Source of the DNA: Octopus bimaculoides
Lineage: Eukaryota
Reading direction: 5' to 3'
Assembly (NCBI RefSeq): GCF_001194135.2
Contig: NC_068982.1
Coordinates: 178,781,002-178,845,001 of the forward strand
DNA length: 64,000 nt
Below, one piece after another: positions 14,500 to 26,357 of this stretch (within the stretch, counting starts at the first letter, position 1; every line of letters starts with the position of its first letter). The notes beneath the pieces were generated by a model. That model saw only the letters and a program-made list of their open reading frames with translations. It did not search any database and was not told where the DNA came from. The position numbers and the translations under genes were made by a program.

Positions 14500-15430
14500 A
14501 CTCTCTCATTGAAGCAACTTGACAGAGGTGTGAGGACACTTTTCACCAGTGCATGATTAAGACGCCCTTCAACAAATCTCATTCGCATAAATAGACGTAG
14601 GCTCTCAAGAAAGGAAAAAATTCTTCATCAGCAATGGAAAAATTCTAAAACATAAGTCAATCACTTAAAATACTACAACCGACTGCATGAAAACATACAT
14701 CAACAATCAAAAATTACGGAAGAAGACTGCGATATTCTGAAAATCAAATACATCTCGAATGTGTCCTATTCATTTGGCAACAAACATAAGGCCGCTGTCT
14801 CACCAAACGCTCCAGAGATATATGAAAACAACGATTCCAAAGAAAAGTCAGACGTCTTGAAGAAACAATATTACAATCCTCCTGAGATTGATTTAGGCTC
14901 TTTCGATGGAATCAATTCAAAACAGATTCTCTTGCACATACTTTTCATTACCTCAGACACCGGTGCAACAATAAATGAAACTAAAGATTACCGTGCAGTA
15001 GCCACTGATGCATTCCAGCTGATATCCTACAGGAATGGAAACATCTAATTGCATTACTACCAATTAATATGTGTAGGGAATAACAAGACGCAAGCTATAT
15101 ATACTAAAAATTTTTTATATCAATCTATCGTCCAAGTCTTCATATTAAAAGACAAAAAAAGAAAAGAAGAGAAAATTCTCTTACAGTTATCTATCACACA
15201 ATATAACTGACATCTCATTTTCTCAAGGAGTTTGAAATAGTGAGATCAAGTAGAAATGGCTTCCAACAAAGCAACAGACCCCCAGATTCTACCCAGGAAA
15301 CTGTCAAACCTTGGTTCTACATTTCTTTGATGACATCTTAAATATTTGGAGGTGGACACAAACACAATTGTTATATATCCTGACTTCACTAAGGCCCTCG
15401 ACAGACACAAGCACATCACTTTAAAAGATA
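14500..15430 (+). mobile_element. Highly degenerate CR1-group LINE fragment (endonuclease-RT linker and RT N-terminus)
   Basis: VDTNTIVIYPDFTKALDR near 15350-15405 resembles the RT motif (V)DxIYLDFxKAFDxV; upstream SKEKSDVLKKQY resembles the KAxxLNxxF linker. Confidence 0.55.
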
Positions 15431-15571
15431 TCACTCTTTATGTTGCTTGTAGGTTCCGTTATATGTTACTGTATTTAATGCTTGTTTCCTATTCAAGTTC
15501 GAAGCAGTTATCTTTGTGAATCTCATCAAACAAATAGCCTGAATTTAGAACATATCACTCGTTCACATCCA

Positions 15572-15620
15572 CTGATGATCACTGTAATCGACTTAGATAG
15601 CAGTGTGAAACACTTCAGTT
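15572..15620 (+). ncRNA. Candidate degenerate hammerhead-ribozyme core
   Basis: CTGATGA (15572-15578), T, hairpin 15580-15605 (9 of 10 pairs), T, GAAAC (15607-15611), then GTT at 15618-15620; helix I is not satisfied. Confidence 0.3.
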
Positions 15621-16326
15621 ATCTACTGAAACACAGTTGCATAGACATACATACATAACGAACAAATATAACTCACACTTACAGGTAGTAAGCATGTTTT
15701 CGAAATGATCCTCAGCTTCCTATTTCATAGTGGTAACAACCAATAAATTTCCATTACCTTTTCCATAATTGGTGTTGTCACAATTAACATAATATTTCTC
15801 TCTTAGCCATATAACTTACCCATTAATAACAATAGAGTATTAGAAAAGGACTGCAACATAACAAAAGAGATACATATTTACTATGACTCTTTAGTTCATT
15901 ACTCATTTAGATTTACTGTCCAAATATTTTATTTTCAATAAACGGAAAATAAATGGTAATTAGCCGTAAAAGTTCATAATAATATACCTGTCAAATTGAT
16001 ATATTCCAATATCTTGTAAGAGTTTCCAAATTCTATTATACCTTGAATTGCAAGTGAATATGGAAGAAATCTGTGATAATTATTGATTAATTTTATCTTT
16101 TACGGCAAATATATATATTTTGTACGTCTGATTTTGAGTATACTTAAAACAAGTGAACTACAATTTACATACCCAAAAAGAAATGAACTCTATAATATAT
16201 AAAATTATCCTGAGCATGTCACACAGAGAAACCAAACAAAATACTTCAGTTGTTTAATCGACAAAGACTAAGGTAGTGATATAATGCAATTATTAAACAG
16301 AACTGGATGTCATATTTATCATGAAG

Positions 16327-16382
<56 letters not shown>

Positions 16383-16718
16383 GCCTGTCTGTCTATCTGT
16401 CTGTCACTATTTTTGTGTGTATGTGTGTGTTTATGCACGCGTATGTGTATAGAAGAATCTTTGATAAATACACGTTTGCACTATCATTTCATACGTGCGT
16501 TTCACCATTATGGTGGCTTGCAACTCAGCAGTGATTGTTTCAAGCACGATTATCAGAATGGATCATCAGGAAATACTTTATTGCAATAAGTTAAAAGAAC
16601 ATAAGGCTACATTATAAATGTAAATATATAGATATGTGTGTTTGGGGAAGAGGTGTATTAACATTCATTCATAAAACAAGTTTTTGTTACGATACGTGTG
16701 TGTATACATATTTACACA

Positions 16719-16757
<39 letters not shown>

Positions 16758-16891
16758 GCGGAAAAGCGCTTGCTACGATATTGTCTCAGAGAAACTCAAA
16801 TAGATGTTTTCTGTTAGAAACTCCAGTCCTCACCGATTGATTTCTGCACATGATGTTCCGACCTCCCTTAGTCTTCTCAGGGACGTATAAA

Positions 16892-17095
16892 TTTTTCTAC
16901 TCTAGGTACAAGGCACAAAATTTTGGAGGACGGGACAAGTCGATTAGATCGACCGGAGTACGCAACTGGTACTTAATTTATCGACGCCAAAAGAGTGAAA
17001 GGCAAAGTGGACCGCGGCGGAATTTGAACTCAGAACACGAAGACAGCCGGAATACTGCTAAACATTTCGCCCGGCGTGCTAACGTTTCTGCCAGC
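16892..17095 (-). mobile_element. SINE family A, near full length
   Basis: ttttctactctagg..caagg...gtcgattagatcgacc...gaaaggcaaagt...ggaatttgaactcag (B box on minus strand)...cccggcgtgctaacgtttctgccagc. Confidence 0.85.
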
Positions 17096-17265
17096 GACGT
17101 ATATCGCAGGCGTTCTCAGCTTAGCACAAATACGCTTGATCCGGAGGATAATCTACTGCAAGCATTTGGCGAAAGTTTCCAGTTTGAAAAGTCCTTCATT
17201 TCTCCCACCAGTTACGGACACATCGTGACTAAGCAATAAAATATGACTGAAAACGCACGCGCATG

Positions 17266-17318
<53 letters not shown>

Positions 17319-18735
17319 ACATTCAAAGACACATTCAAACGCACATACAAATATATGTATGCATATATGTGCACAATGATGTATTCTTAAATGAGTTCAA
17401 GTGCAATCGCATAATATTGGTTATTTACCATCATACTTTACAAATATACGTTTGTATGTGTATATGTCTGTGTGTGCGTGTGTGTATGTTTGTGTGTGTG
17501 TGTGTGCGCGTGTGTGTATATGTATGTGCGTTAGTCAACGTATGCATATTTCATCTGTGTGAATGATATATAGAAATATGTTTGTGTGGACAAGCATGTA
17601 TTAGCATCGCGTATTTTGGCAAATGAAAAGACACTCCATTATTTTCATCGCACAAAGCAACAAACGCTAAAATAGTTGCAATGTCAGTCGGGGAATCTAT
17701 CCAGAAAAAAAAAAGAAGATAACAAATCAATAATGTGGTTACAAACAATAGTCACTTTTATCGCAAGAAATTTTATAGCCAAATTGCTATGGAAAAGCAC
17801 ATTGTAATTCCTCTCTAAACGGCTGAAAATATTCGATAAGGATTTAATAATAAAATATTTGGGCACTTGATGAAAGGAAGGATGCATCAAGAAAAATGAA
17901 ACTGATAGCATTAATCATATATAATAAAAGGTAGTAAAAAATAACTGTGATGCAATGTTTTTTTCTTCAGATAAGCGTTTAGTGTTGTGAGCAATGTGTA
18001 GGTTTTGTTATATTCTTTAGTAAAGTGTCCTGAAATATATAATTTCTTTATTCAATTATGTATGATGTTTGAATAAAGAAGTAAAGTATTTTTCACATTT
18101 ACTGTTTATGTTTTCGCCATTCAACTACAAATATCGCCATATCACACCTGCACTCCCACGCATATACCGAAGTAACACGTTCATACACACATACATATAA
18201 ATATACATGTGTATATGTGTTTAAATTTAGGAAAGCTCATGCGCAGCGAACGTGGTTGTGTGTATGTATGTTCAAATTCAACTTATGTTTTCATACTAAT
18301 AAATTTCATATTAATAAATGTAACAAATTAATATCTGTTACAGGCAAATATTTACACAAATGTCATGCCGCGCTTCTTGATGCAGATCTAGACAGTTTAA
18401 TAAGACTGACAGTCATGAATACACACACATTCACACAAATTCATACAATGGCACACATATACATTCACATGGGTACACACACACACACACACACACTGAA
18501 TTTTCCTGTCGATTTCAATGTATGAGGGTTAACAGCCAATATTATAGCTGTTAGATTATACACGCAGGGGTTTGTTTTCTGCAGTGAAGGCTTGTGTAGG
18601 ACCAGACACGTTTTGGAAACAGTGAAAGCACCCATTTAGTGCAAATTTTCGACACAAACTTAATGAACAACATATTTCAGGCTTTTCTGTTACAGTCAGC
18701 CACCTTCTGATTTAGTTACATTTACTACGGTTTAG

Positions 18736-18966
18736 AATCCAACCTATGTTCTATGTTCGTAGGCAAAATTCGCATATGGGTAGCAAACCAGAAATATCCA
18801 AGTCCTGTGCAACAAAGGTGAGGTAAAAAAAAAAAGCAAAGAGAGTGAATTAGGTTAATCCAACCTATGTTCTATGTTCGTAAGCAAAATTCGCATATGG
18901 GTAGCAAACCAGAAATTTCTAAGTCCTGTGCAACAAAGGCGAGGTAAAAAAAAAGCAAAGAGAGTG
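18736..18966. repeat. Tandem duplication with a period of 121 bp (18736-18847 and 18857-18966)
   Basis: Direct comparison: near-identical units with 4 substitutions plus a poly-A length difference. Confidence 0.95.
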
Positions 18967-19497
18967 CATTGGTTTTACACTCAGAAAAGAGGAGAAAGGA
19001 GAAAGAAATGTCTTTTTTATGTTTCGAGCATACGCTCTTCCGCCTGAGGAATAGACAAGGAGAGATAAAATGGAGAAAGAGAAGACATCTGCATGTGTCG
19101 GAGAGTAACAACATGCTGAAGTGACCGAAGATGGTTAAAAAGTTACCTTTAGGTGTGAGTGGCAAAGGGAAAAACAGTGAACCGGACATATGGGTGTGTG
19201 CATTCGCATGTGTGTTTAAATATATTGGGTGGGCGTGTGCTGTATGTGCTTTTAAGAGTGTGTGTATGCATGAGTGTATGTCTTTGTTTTCCGATTACGT
19301 GTATGTATGTATGAGGTTGATGGCAATACGATACTGTTTACACTCAAATTCTCCCTGTCTTGGACTACATCATCGTCTCTTTGACTAACTCATTCCCATT
19401 TGGTCTAGCGCCACCTATCAAGGACAACCTTGCCACTGGATCGGATTACCACCTTTCTGTAATGTATCGTATTGTGTCCTGTTGTTGATATATAAGA

Positions 19498-19549
<52 letters not shown>

Positions 19550-20043
19550 ATATGTATATACGTATACACAGGCACATATACATGTGTATGCGTGAGGAAT
19601 TACAAATTTCTAGTTTGATACCGAGAGGCGCATTTAGCTTACCGAGATACATATACATCACGCAACTGGATGTTCATCCAGTCATTGACGGGTCTTATAT
19701 GTCACTCTCATGGTTATTGAAAACCCAGTCTTCTGTCCAAACAGGCACGATGGTGTTGCTAGTTTAGAAGCCGATGACTCGACCATGCAGGAGGTTGTAC
19801 TGGATTAGATGTTACCGTTAGCACTCAATAGCAAACCCACTCATGCATGCACAACAATTAAAACATACAAAACATGCATTAGCCACTCAAAATTACGCAA
19901 AATCTTCACTTCGATATTATTACTTGTTGTTAAAAATTTCCACTACAATGGAACTCTATCAGTGACTAGATCGCAGGAAACGCTACGGAAATTTTAACAC
20001 GAAATAATAAATGTTTAAGTAAAATTAACGGTCTTTGAACGAT

Positions 20044-20122
20044 TATTATGTCTTAGACAGTTGGTTTTCAACACGCGGTCTCAGAGACCGCGTGTTGAAA
20101 ACAAACTGTGTAAGACATAATA
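20044..20122. repeat. 79-bp near-perfect palindrome (39-bp arms, 1-nt centre)
   Basis: Arms 20044-20082 and 20084-20122 are reverse-complementary at 37 of 39 positions. Confidence 0.95.
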
Positions 20123-22033
20123 CCTTGTGGGTAGTAAAGAAATAACACACACACATTTAGCCATGTACATTATCGGATAGGAAATCAGAAAATATATTTG
20201 AGCCCCTGAAGACGAAATTTGAAGCTATTTTCAAGATTCTTATTGAGTATAGTTTTTCTATCAGTCCTTTCACCTGTAGTTCGCGAACATAATTAGAAAT
20301 ATTCACCACCATTTATATGATGATATTGGGAGATATAGTGTACGCGTTGCCCAGGCATCCGGTAGCTTGGTATGAAAAATAGAGTAGATGTGAAGAGATA
20401 GCTCAATTAAGACCTTGGGGGAAAATAGAATCTAGCACTGATGTAGAATGCTCTAGGATATGGAAAGGGAGAATTTTAAGATGATTATTTTGGATGTATA
20501 AAATATGTTTCAAAAAGGATTTTGATTTTTCATACATTTATTTTACAGTGTAGGAAACAAACAATTGTGTAAAAAGCATTTGAAAGATATAGAAGAGGCA
20601 TAAGAGTATACTTTGAAAGTGAAAATGTTTAGAAACAGTAGCCAACGAAATTTCAAAAATATCTACAATGAAGTCCACAATCAAAAGCAGTAAGACGTAA
20701 GGCATTTCTATATAGTCACTTAAACTTTAGAAATTGCAGGAAGAACATTGGATAACTCTGAGATACATTATCTGGAACAGTTGCTTGGCTATCGTTGTGT
20801 TGTAGCTAAATAACGACTACAACTACTAAAATCACAACATAGACAAATACAGTGATTATCATGACATAATAGCAAATATGAATATATGATATATTTTGGG
20901 ACTCATTAAGCCGACGAGGAAACTAAACGTAGTGTTCTAAAACTTTATAAATCTCTCAAACATTAAAGCAGCCGAAATATTGCCACCAAATCTTAAAACC
21001 TTGCCTATCATCGTGCAATTACACCACATCTACAAAGGGCATATCTCCTGATGTGGTAATAATAAATAACAATCCTAATTTTAATGTAGAAAAAGTAAAT
21101 AAATGGACAGTGCAGATGCGAATATAACAAAAGTCTTAACCATACCAGTTTATTGAAAATGTCCTCTGAAGTGTACTATTACCGGAGACAGTTGACAGTC
21201 TATCACATGTCCTGTGAAGCAAAAACTGAGAGAAATGTGCTGTATTTCTAACAGAAGTGGGGAACGGCAATTAATAGAAATTATATTGTAGTAGGGCATC
21301 TAATAATATTTCAAATGCAGAATCTGTATGTGGTATCCTTCAAATCAAGCACATTACAATGTTACAAAACATATGTTATAATAAACTTAGAGAATGTATC
21401 TGAACACGGGAGGCCAACTGGGGAAGATATTACTGATCTAGAGAGAAAAGAAAGAAAATGCCGCACAATGAGTATCTGTGTTTGTAGGTGAAAACGCAAT
21501 TTGCAGCAAAAGCCAAAAGTTAGGGCTTATGACTGTTAGTAAACGGGTACCAGAAAATCTCATATTCAGAAGTGGTAGAGGTTATTAAACGAACATTAAT
21601 TTTGGAAGGAGTAACAATTGATGTTATCTGAAAACAATTAAGTGTTCGATTAATGGAATTCTCCAATCTGTTTTGTTCCGTTTGATTCGATTTCATTTAC
21701 AGCGCTTATAGATTCCGAAAATATCTGTATATCAAACCGTCTTTAATATTCCTTTAAAAAATATATGAGTTGTATTCTTTGTGAAAGGTAAACATTTAAT
21801 ATTTAACAGATGAAGAGCAAAATTGGTAGGGCATCGGACAATATAACTTGTTATATATCGCCCTATGTTCTGAGTTCAAATCCCTCCCTAGCCTATTTTA
21901 CTACTTACCCTTCTGAAGTCAATTACAGGAGCCATGTAATAGGTTATAACCTTGCAGGTAGTGTCCCAGTATAGTCAGTAACTAATTTGGGAAACTAGTA
22001 AAAGAATAAAGCATAAGGATATTAAACGCAACT

Positions 22034-22240
22034 AAGTTGGTGAGCTGACATATCGTTAGCACGCCGGACGAAATGCTTAGCAGCATTTCGTCCGTCTTTA
22101 CGTTCCAATGTCAAATTCCACCGAGGTCGATTTTGCCTTTCAGGATCGATAAGATAAGTGCCAATTGAACACTAGGGTCGATGTGATCGACTTACCCACT
22201 GCCTCAGTATTGCTGGCGTTATGCCAACATTGGAAATCAG
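22034..22240 (+). mobile_element. SINE family A variant
   Basis: ggtgagctg..atcgttagcacgccggacgaaatgcttagc...tcaaattccaccgaggtcgattttgcctttc...gggtcgatgtgatcgactta. Confidence 0.8.
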
Positions 22241-22291
22241 TATTAAACCCAACTAAAGCCATAATTATGTAAAACCAATACCTAGAGGATA

Positions 22292-22507
22292 TTGGTTTCA
22301 CATTTTTGCACGAAGCTAGCAACGTCGGTGAAGTGGTTAAGTCGATTACATCGAACCCAGTACGCAAATGGTACTTATTCTATTGATCCGGAAGGAATGA
22401 AAGGTAAAGTCGACCTCGGCAGAATTTGAACTCAGAACATAAAGACGAACGAAATGCCGCTGAGCATTTTGCTCGGCGTGCTAACGATTCTGTCAATACA
22501 CCGTCTT
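22292..22507 (-). mobile_element. SINE family A variant, inverted relative to the copy at 22034-22240
   Basis: taagtcgattacatcgaacccag...gaaaggtaaagtcgacctcggcagaatttgaactcag...cggcgtgctaacgattctg. Confidence 0.8.
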
Positions 22508-23242
22508 AATAGTTAGTAGATATTGAGATCATTAACTCAATGAAGAGATAAAGAACTAATTTTCAAAAGTCAACACACTTGTTTCTCATCAGCATAATTA
22601 CAAAATGAAATCTGCGTCGTATTCCATAATATTTCTAGACCTATGTCATCAATTCTAAGTTTCTTTTTGAATTAGACTGTCATTTTATTTAAATATATAT
22701 TCTTATATAATCTTTATGAGTAATATACCATTGGAGGGGGAAAAAAAATGGAAACCATCTGTAAATCTTCAAATATGGTGTCTAAAATAATTCTGCTCTT
22801 AAACATCATGAAACTTTTCTTATATAAAGTTCATCGACATTGAAAACATAAATAGCCTGTAAGATGAAAGCAAATTGATTGTAAGCAGTATTAAATTCTC
22901 TTTTATATTATTATCTATGAAGAATGAATAAGATAATAGAGTTTCCGAACAACATATTATCACCGGTGAAAGTCATAAAAAGATTTTCTATTATATCCTA
23001 AGTACAATACAATTATCTGCAACGGTCAGCGAAACGAAGATATATATGGTTTAGGTTATAATAAAGAATCACCACAAACATAAGAGCATTAGAGAAAAAT
23101 AGGATATTTATTGCTGATGTAGATTTGATAAACAACTGTATCATGTTGAATGAGAAACGTTGTGCTGAAGAAAAGTGAATTAGTATACACACAATATATC
23201 TGAATATATTGTACATATAATGTGTAGGTCGACACCTATCCC

Positions 23243-23277
23243 TCTCTCTCTCTCTCTCTCTTTCTGTCTGTCTGTCA

Positions 23278-23319
<42 letters not shown>

Positions 23320-23471
23320 GTCTCTCTCTCTGTCTCTCTCTGTCTCTCTCTCTCTATCTATCTATCTATTTACCTACCTACCTACCTACCAACCTACCTA
23401 CCAACCTACCTACCTACCTACCTACCTACCTACCTACCTGTCTGTCTGTCTGTCTGTCCGTCCGTCCGTCC

Positions 23472-23557
<86 letters not shown>

Positions 23558-23558
23558 T
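23243..23558. repeat. Compound microsatellite (CT)/(CTGT)/(CTAT)/(CCTA)/(CCGT)
   Basis: Seen directly. Confidence 0.95.
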
Positions 23559-23769
23559 TCTGATGTGAAAGGACTGTTGACAGATCGACTCCAAGTAAGT
23601 TGACTTTTTTTTTGTGTAGAAAAACTGTTTGTTTGTTGAATATTTTTGTGACAGAAGTGTTTAACACCTTCTCCTTCAACCTCAGTAAATCTTTTAATAG
23701 GAAATTTCCCCACTGTGGTTGAATTTCCAAAATTAAAAGAAAAATTTCTTCGGTTTTCTTTGGCATCTT

Positions 23770-24662
23770 CTAAACGAAAATGGCTAAATCAAACCAGGAA
23801 GCCATCGACTTCCCGCCTCAACCAAAGTCGGAGGTGAAGGAAGCTGAAAAGAGAGTCGTTCCGCTTGAACGCACAGCCAGTCTGGCCGTAGAAGGTACAA
23901 AGAAGTAAAGACAACGTTTAATGACTACCTGCAAAGCCTGTCAGGACTCTCGGCAAGAGATGCGGAGTGTTGTGAAAGACCCATCACAGCCGCGGACGAC
24001 CTCCATCTGATGCGCTACATCATAGACAAGGTAGTTAAGGAACGTGGCATGGGCAGGGCGCTGATCAATTTGGATCAATCAAAAGCTTTCGACAAGATAG
24101 ACCATCGCTACTTGGAGGCTGTCCTTAGAGCGGTTGGTTTCTCTACCGTCTTCCACGGTTGGATCACTGCCTTATACAGCGGCATCCACTTATTAGTTCG
24201 CCTAAATGGTCATCAGTCCAGACCATTTCCCATCACCCGTTCGGTCCGGCAAGGATTGCCTCCTCTCGTCGCTTCTGTACGTATTGATTCTAGTGCCACG
24301 CGGACGACCTCACCGTTATAGTATCGAGCCATAGGCAAATCGAACTGGTCGGCGAGGCACTAAAATAATACGAAGCGGTAACGGGAGCGAAAATTAACCG
24401 GGAAAAGTCAGTGGACTTGCGGCCCGGTACCTGGAGAAGCAACCTCATGCCGTCTAACGGCGTCTCCATCGTAGGACGTTGGACCGACGGACCAGTTAAA
24501 TTGCGCAGAGTCTGGCTCTCAAGCAACTCTGCCGTCCGGGACCAAACTAGTGCGACTTCAATTCCACGAAGGCGTTCTATAGAGGATTAGTGGAAGGGAG
24601 GTGCGACGACATTCTCGGGCAGAATCTGGGCGTCGAACGAGGTACACCTCACCCGCCTGTTC
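23770..24662 (+). mobile_element. Tx1/L1-clade LINE derivative with several internal deletions
   Basis: FNDYLQSL...CERPITA joined directly to DDLHLMRYII...ALINLDQSKAFDKIDHRYL...RSVRQG; then HADDLTVIV...YEAVTGAKINREKS; truncated by an N gap. Confidence 0.9.
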
Positions 24663-25421
24663 NNNNNNNNNNNNNNNNNNNNNNNNNNNNNNNNNNNNNN
24701 NNNNNNNNNNNNNNNNNNNNNNNNNNNNNNNNNNNNNNNNNNNNNNNNNNNNNNNNNNNNNNNNNNNNNNNNNNNNNNNNNNNNNNNNNNNNNNNNNNNN
24801 NNNNNNNNNNNNNNNNNNNNNNNNNNNNNNNNNNNNNNNNNNNNNNNNNNNNNNNNNNNNNNNNNNNNNNNNNNNNNNNNNNNNNNNNNNNNNNNNNNNN
24901 NNNNNNNNNNNNNNNNNNNNNNNNNNNNNNNNNNNNNNNNNNNNNNNNNNNNNNNNNNNNNNNNNNNNNNNNNNNNNNNNNNNNNNNNNNNNNNNNNNNN
25001 NNNNNNNNNNNNNNNNNNNNNNNNNNNNNNNNNNNNNNNNNNNNNNNNNNNNNNNNNNNNNNNNNNNNNNNNNNNNNNNNNNNNNNNNNNNNNNNNNNNN
25101 NNNNNNNNNNNNNNNNNNNNNNNNNNNNNNNNNNNNNNNNNNNNNNNNNNNNNNNNNNNNNNNNNNNNNNNNNNNNNNNNNNNNNNNNNNNNNNNNNNNN
25201 NNNNNNNNNNNNNNNNNNNNNNNNNNNNNNNNNNNNNNNNNNNNNNNNNNNNNNNNNNNNNNNNNNNNNNNNNNNNNNNNNNNNNNNNNNNNNNNNNNNN
25301 NNNNNNNNNNNNNNNNNNNNNNNNNNNNNNNNNNNNNNNNNNNNNNNNNNNNNNNNNNNNNNNNNNNNNNNNNNNNNNNNNNNNNNNNNNNNNNNNNNNN
25401 NNNNNNNNNNNNNNNNNNNNN

Positions 25422-25469
<48 letters not shown>

Positions 25470-25614
25470 ACTTTGCTCTTAAGTGTTTTTCCCTCCCTGC
25501 CTGAGGTCACCGTGGTCTTATTCGTAGGCTTTTCTTTCCACGGATAAACCTAATCTGCCATACAGCTGTTCACTGCCATCTTCAACAGCTTGGAAATATC
25601 CCCCCCAAAAAGGA

Positions 25615-26357
25615 AAATGAGTGCTTCATGATTTGTCTGAAGCCAACTGCAAATTCCGAGTGGACATCTGCTGATCTCTTCGTTCTCGTCAACTCAGCTC
25701 ACTCATTTTGGACAGACGGGTGACCGGTGCTGGAAAATGAGCTATTCATCGAAATGTTAAGCGTCGTAGACAATGGTTTGGTAAATGGAAAAAAGCCGAA
25801 CAACAACCGAGAACGGAACTCATGCGAATGTTCTTATCTCTGTTTGGTGAAATTGCAAATAAGTCATACACTTTGAGTTGCTACTAACCAGTGCAACAAT
25901 GAATACTCGTATCTACTGTCGATAACTGGAGTGTTTGAACACTACTTAGAAGTTAAATGGGAATCGAAAGAGAGTGGTGTTTCATCAGGACAATACAAGA
26001 CTCAACACTACAAATATCACGTCACAGAAGATCGAGGAGCTTGGCTGGGAGAAAATTGCAGATACAACTTATTTCCCAGACCCTGGTCCTTCAGATTACA
26101 TTTGTTCCGTAGTTTACAGAATCATTTCGATGGATAAGCTCTCGAAACAATTGAAGAAGTTGAAATTGACCTTTCAAAGTTCTCTTAGAAACCGAAAGAA
26201 TTTTCATTAATGGGATTAATAAACTTTCGAGTAGATGGAAAGATGTCATAGATAACCATGGAAACTATATTGACGATAAAGTTTCATTAAAAAGTAAGAT
26301 TCGATCACTTGTTTCTCTTTTTCAAGATCCGAGCCTTACTTATAGGATTACCTAATA
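25615..26357 (+). mobile_element. Mariner (DD34D-type) transposase relic, catalytic domain through the 3' end
   Basis: VLHDLSEAN..RVDIC; LDRRVTG; FHQDN..N...T.QKIEELGWE; PDPGPSDY/LFRSLQNHFDG; GINKLSSRW..VIDNHGNYI; ends ...ggattacctaata (TIR-like, ending TA). Confidence 0.9.

Noticed and set aside
4738-14512. Long ORFs of 150-380 aa (also at 24587-25510 and 50142-50952)
   Set aside because: They are open only because they cross N runs and (TA)/(CA)/(GA) microsatellites, giving YIYI/HTHT/CVCV/ERER peptides
20200-20480. Possible ancient RT remnant on the minus strand (PQG-like)
   Set aside because: The motifs are too degraded to distinguish from chance
25615-26357. Mariner or DD37D relics as active or domesticated transposases (also 34790-35350)
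   Set aside because: Multiple stops and frameshifts, and the N-terminal DNA-binding regions are missing
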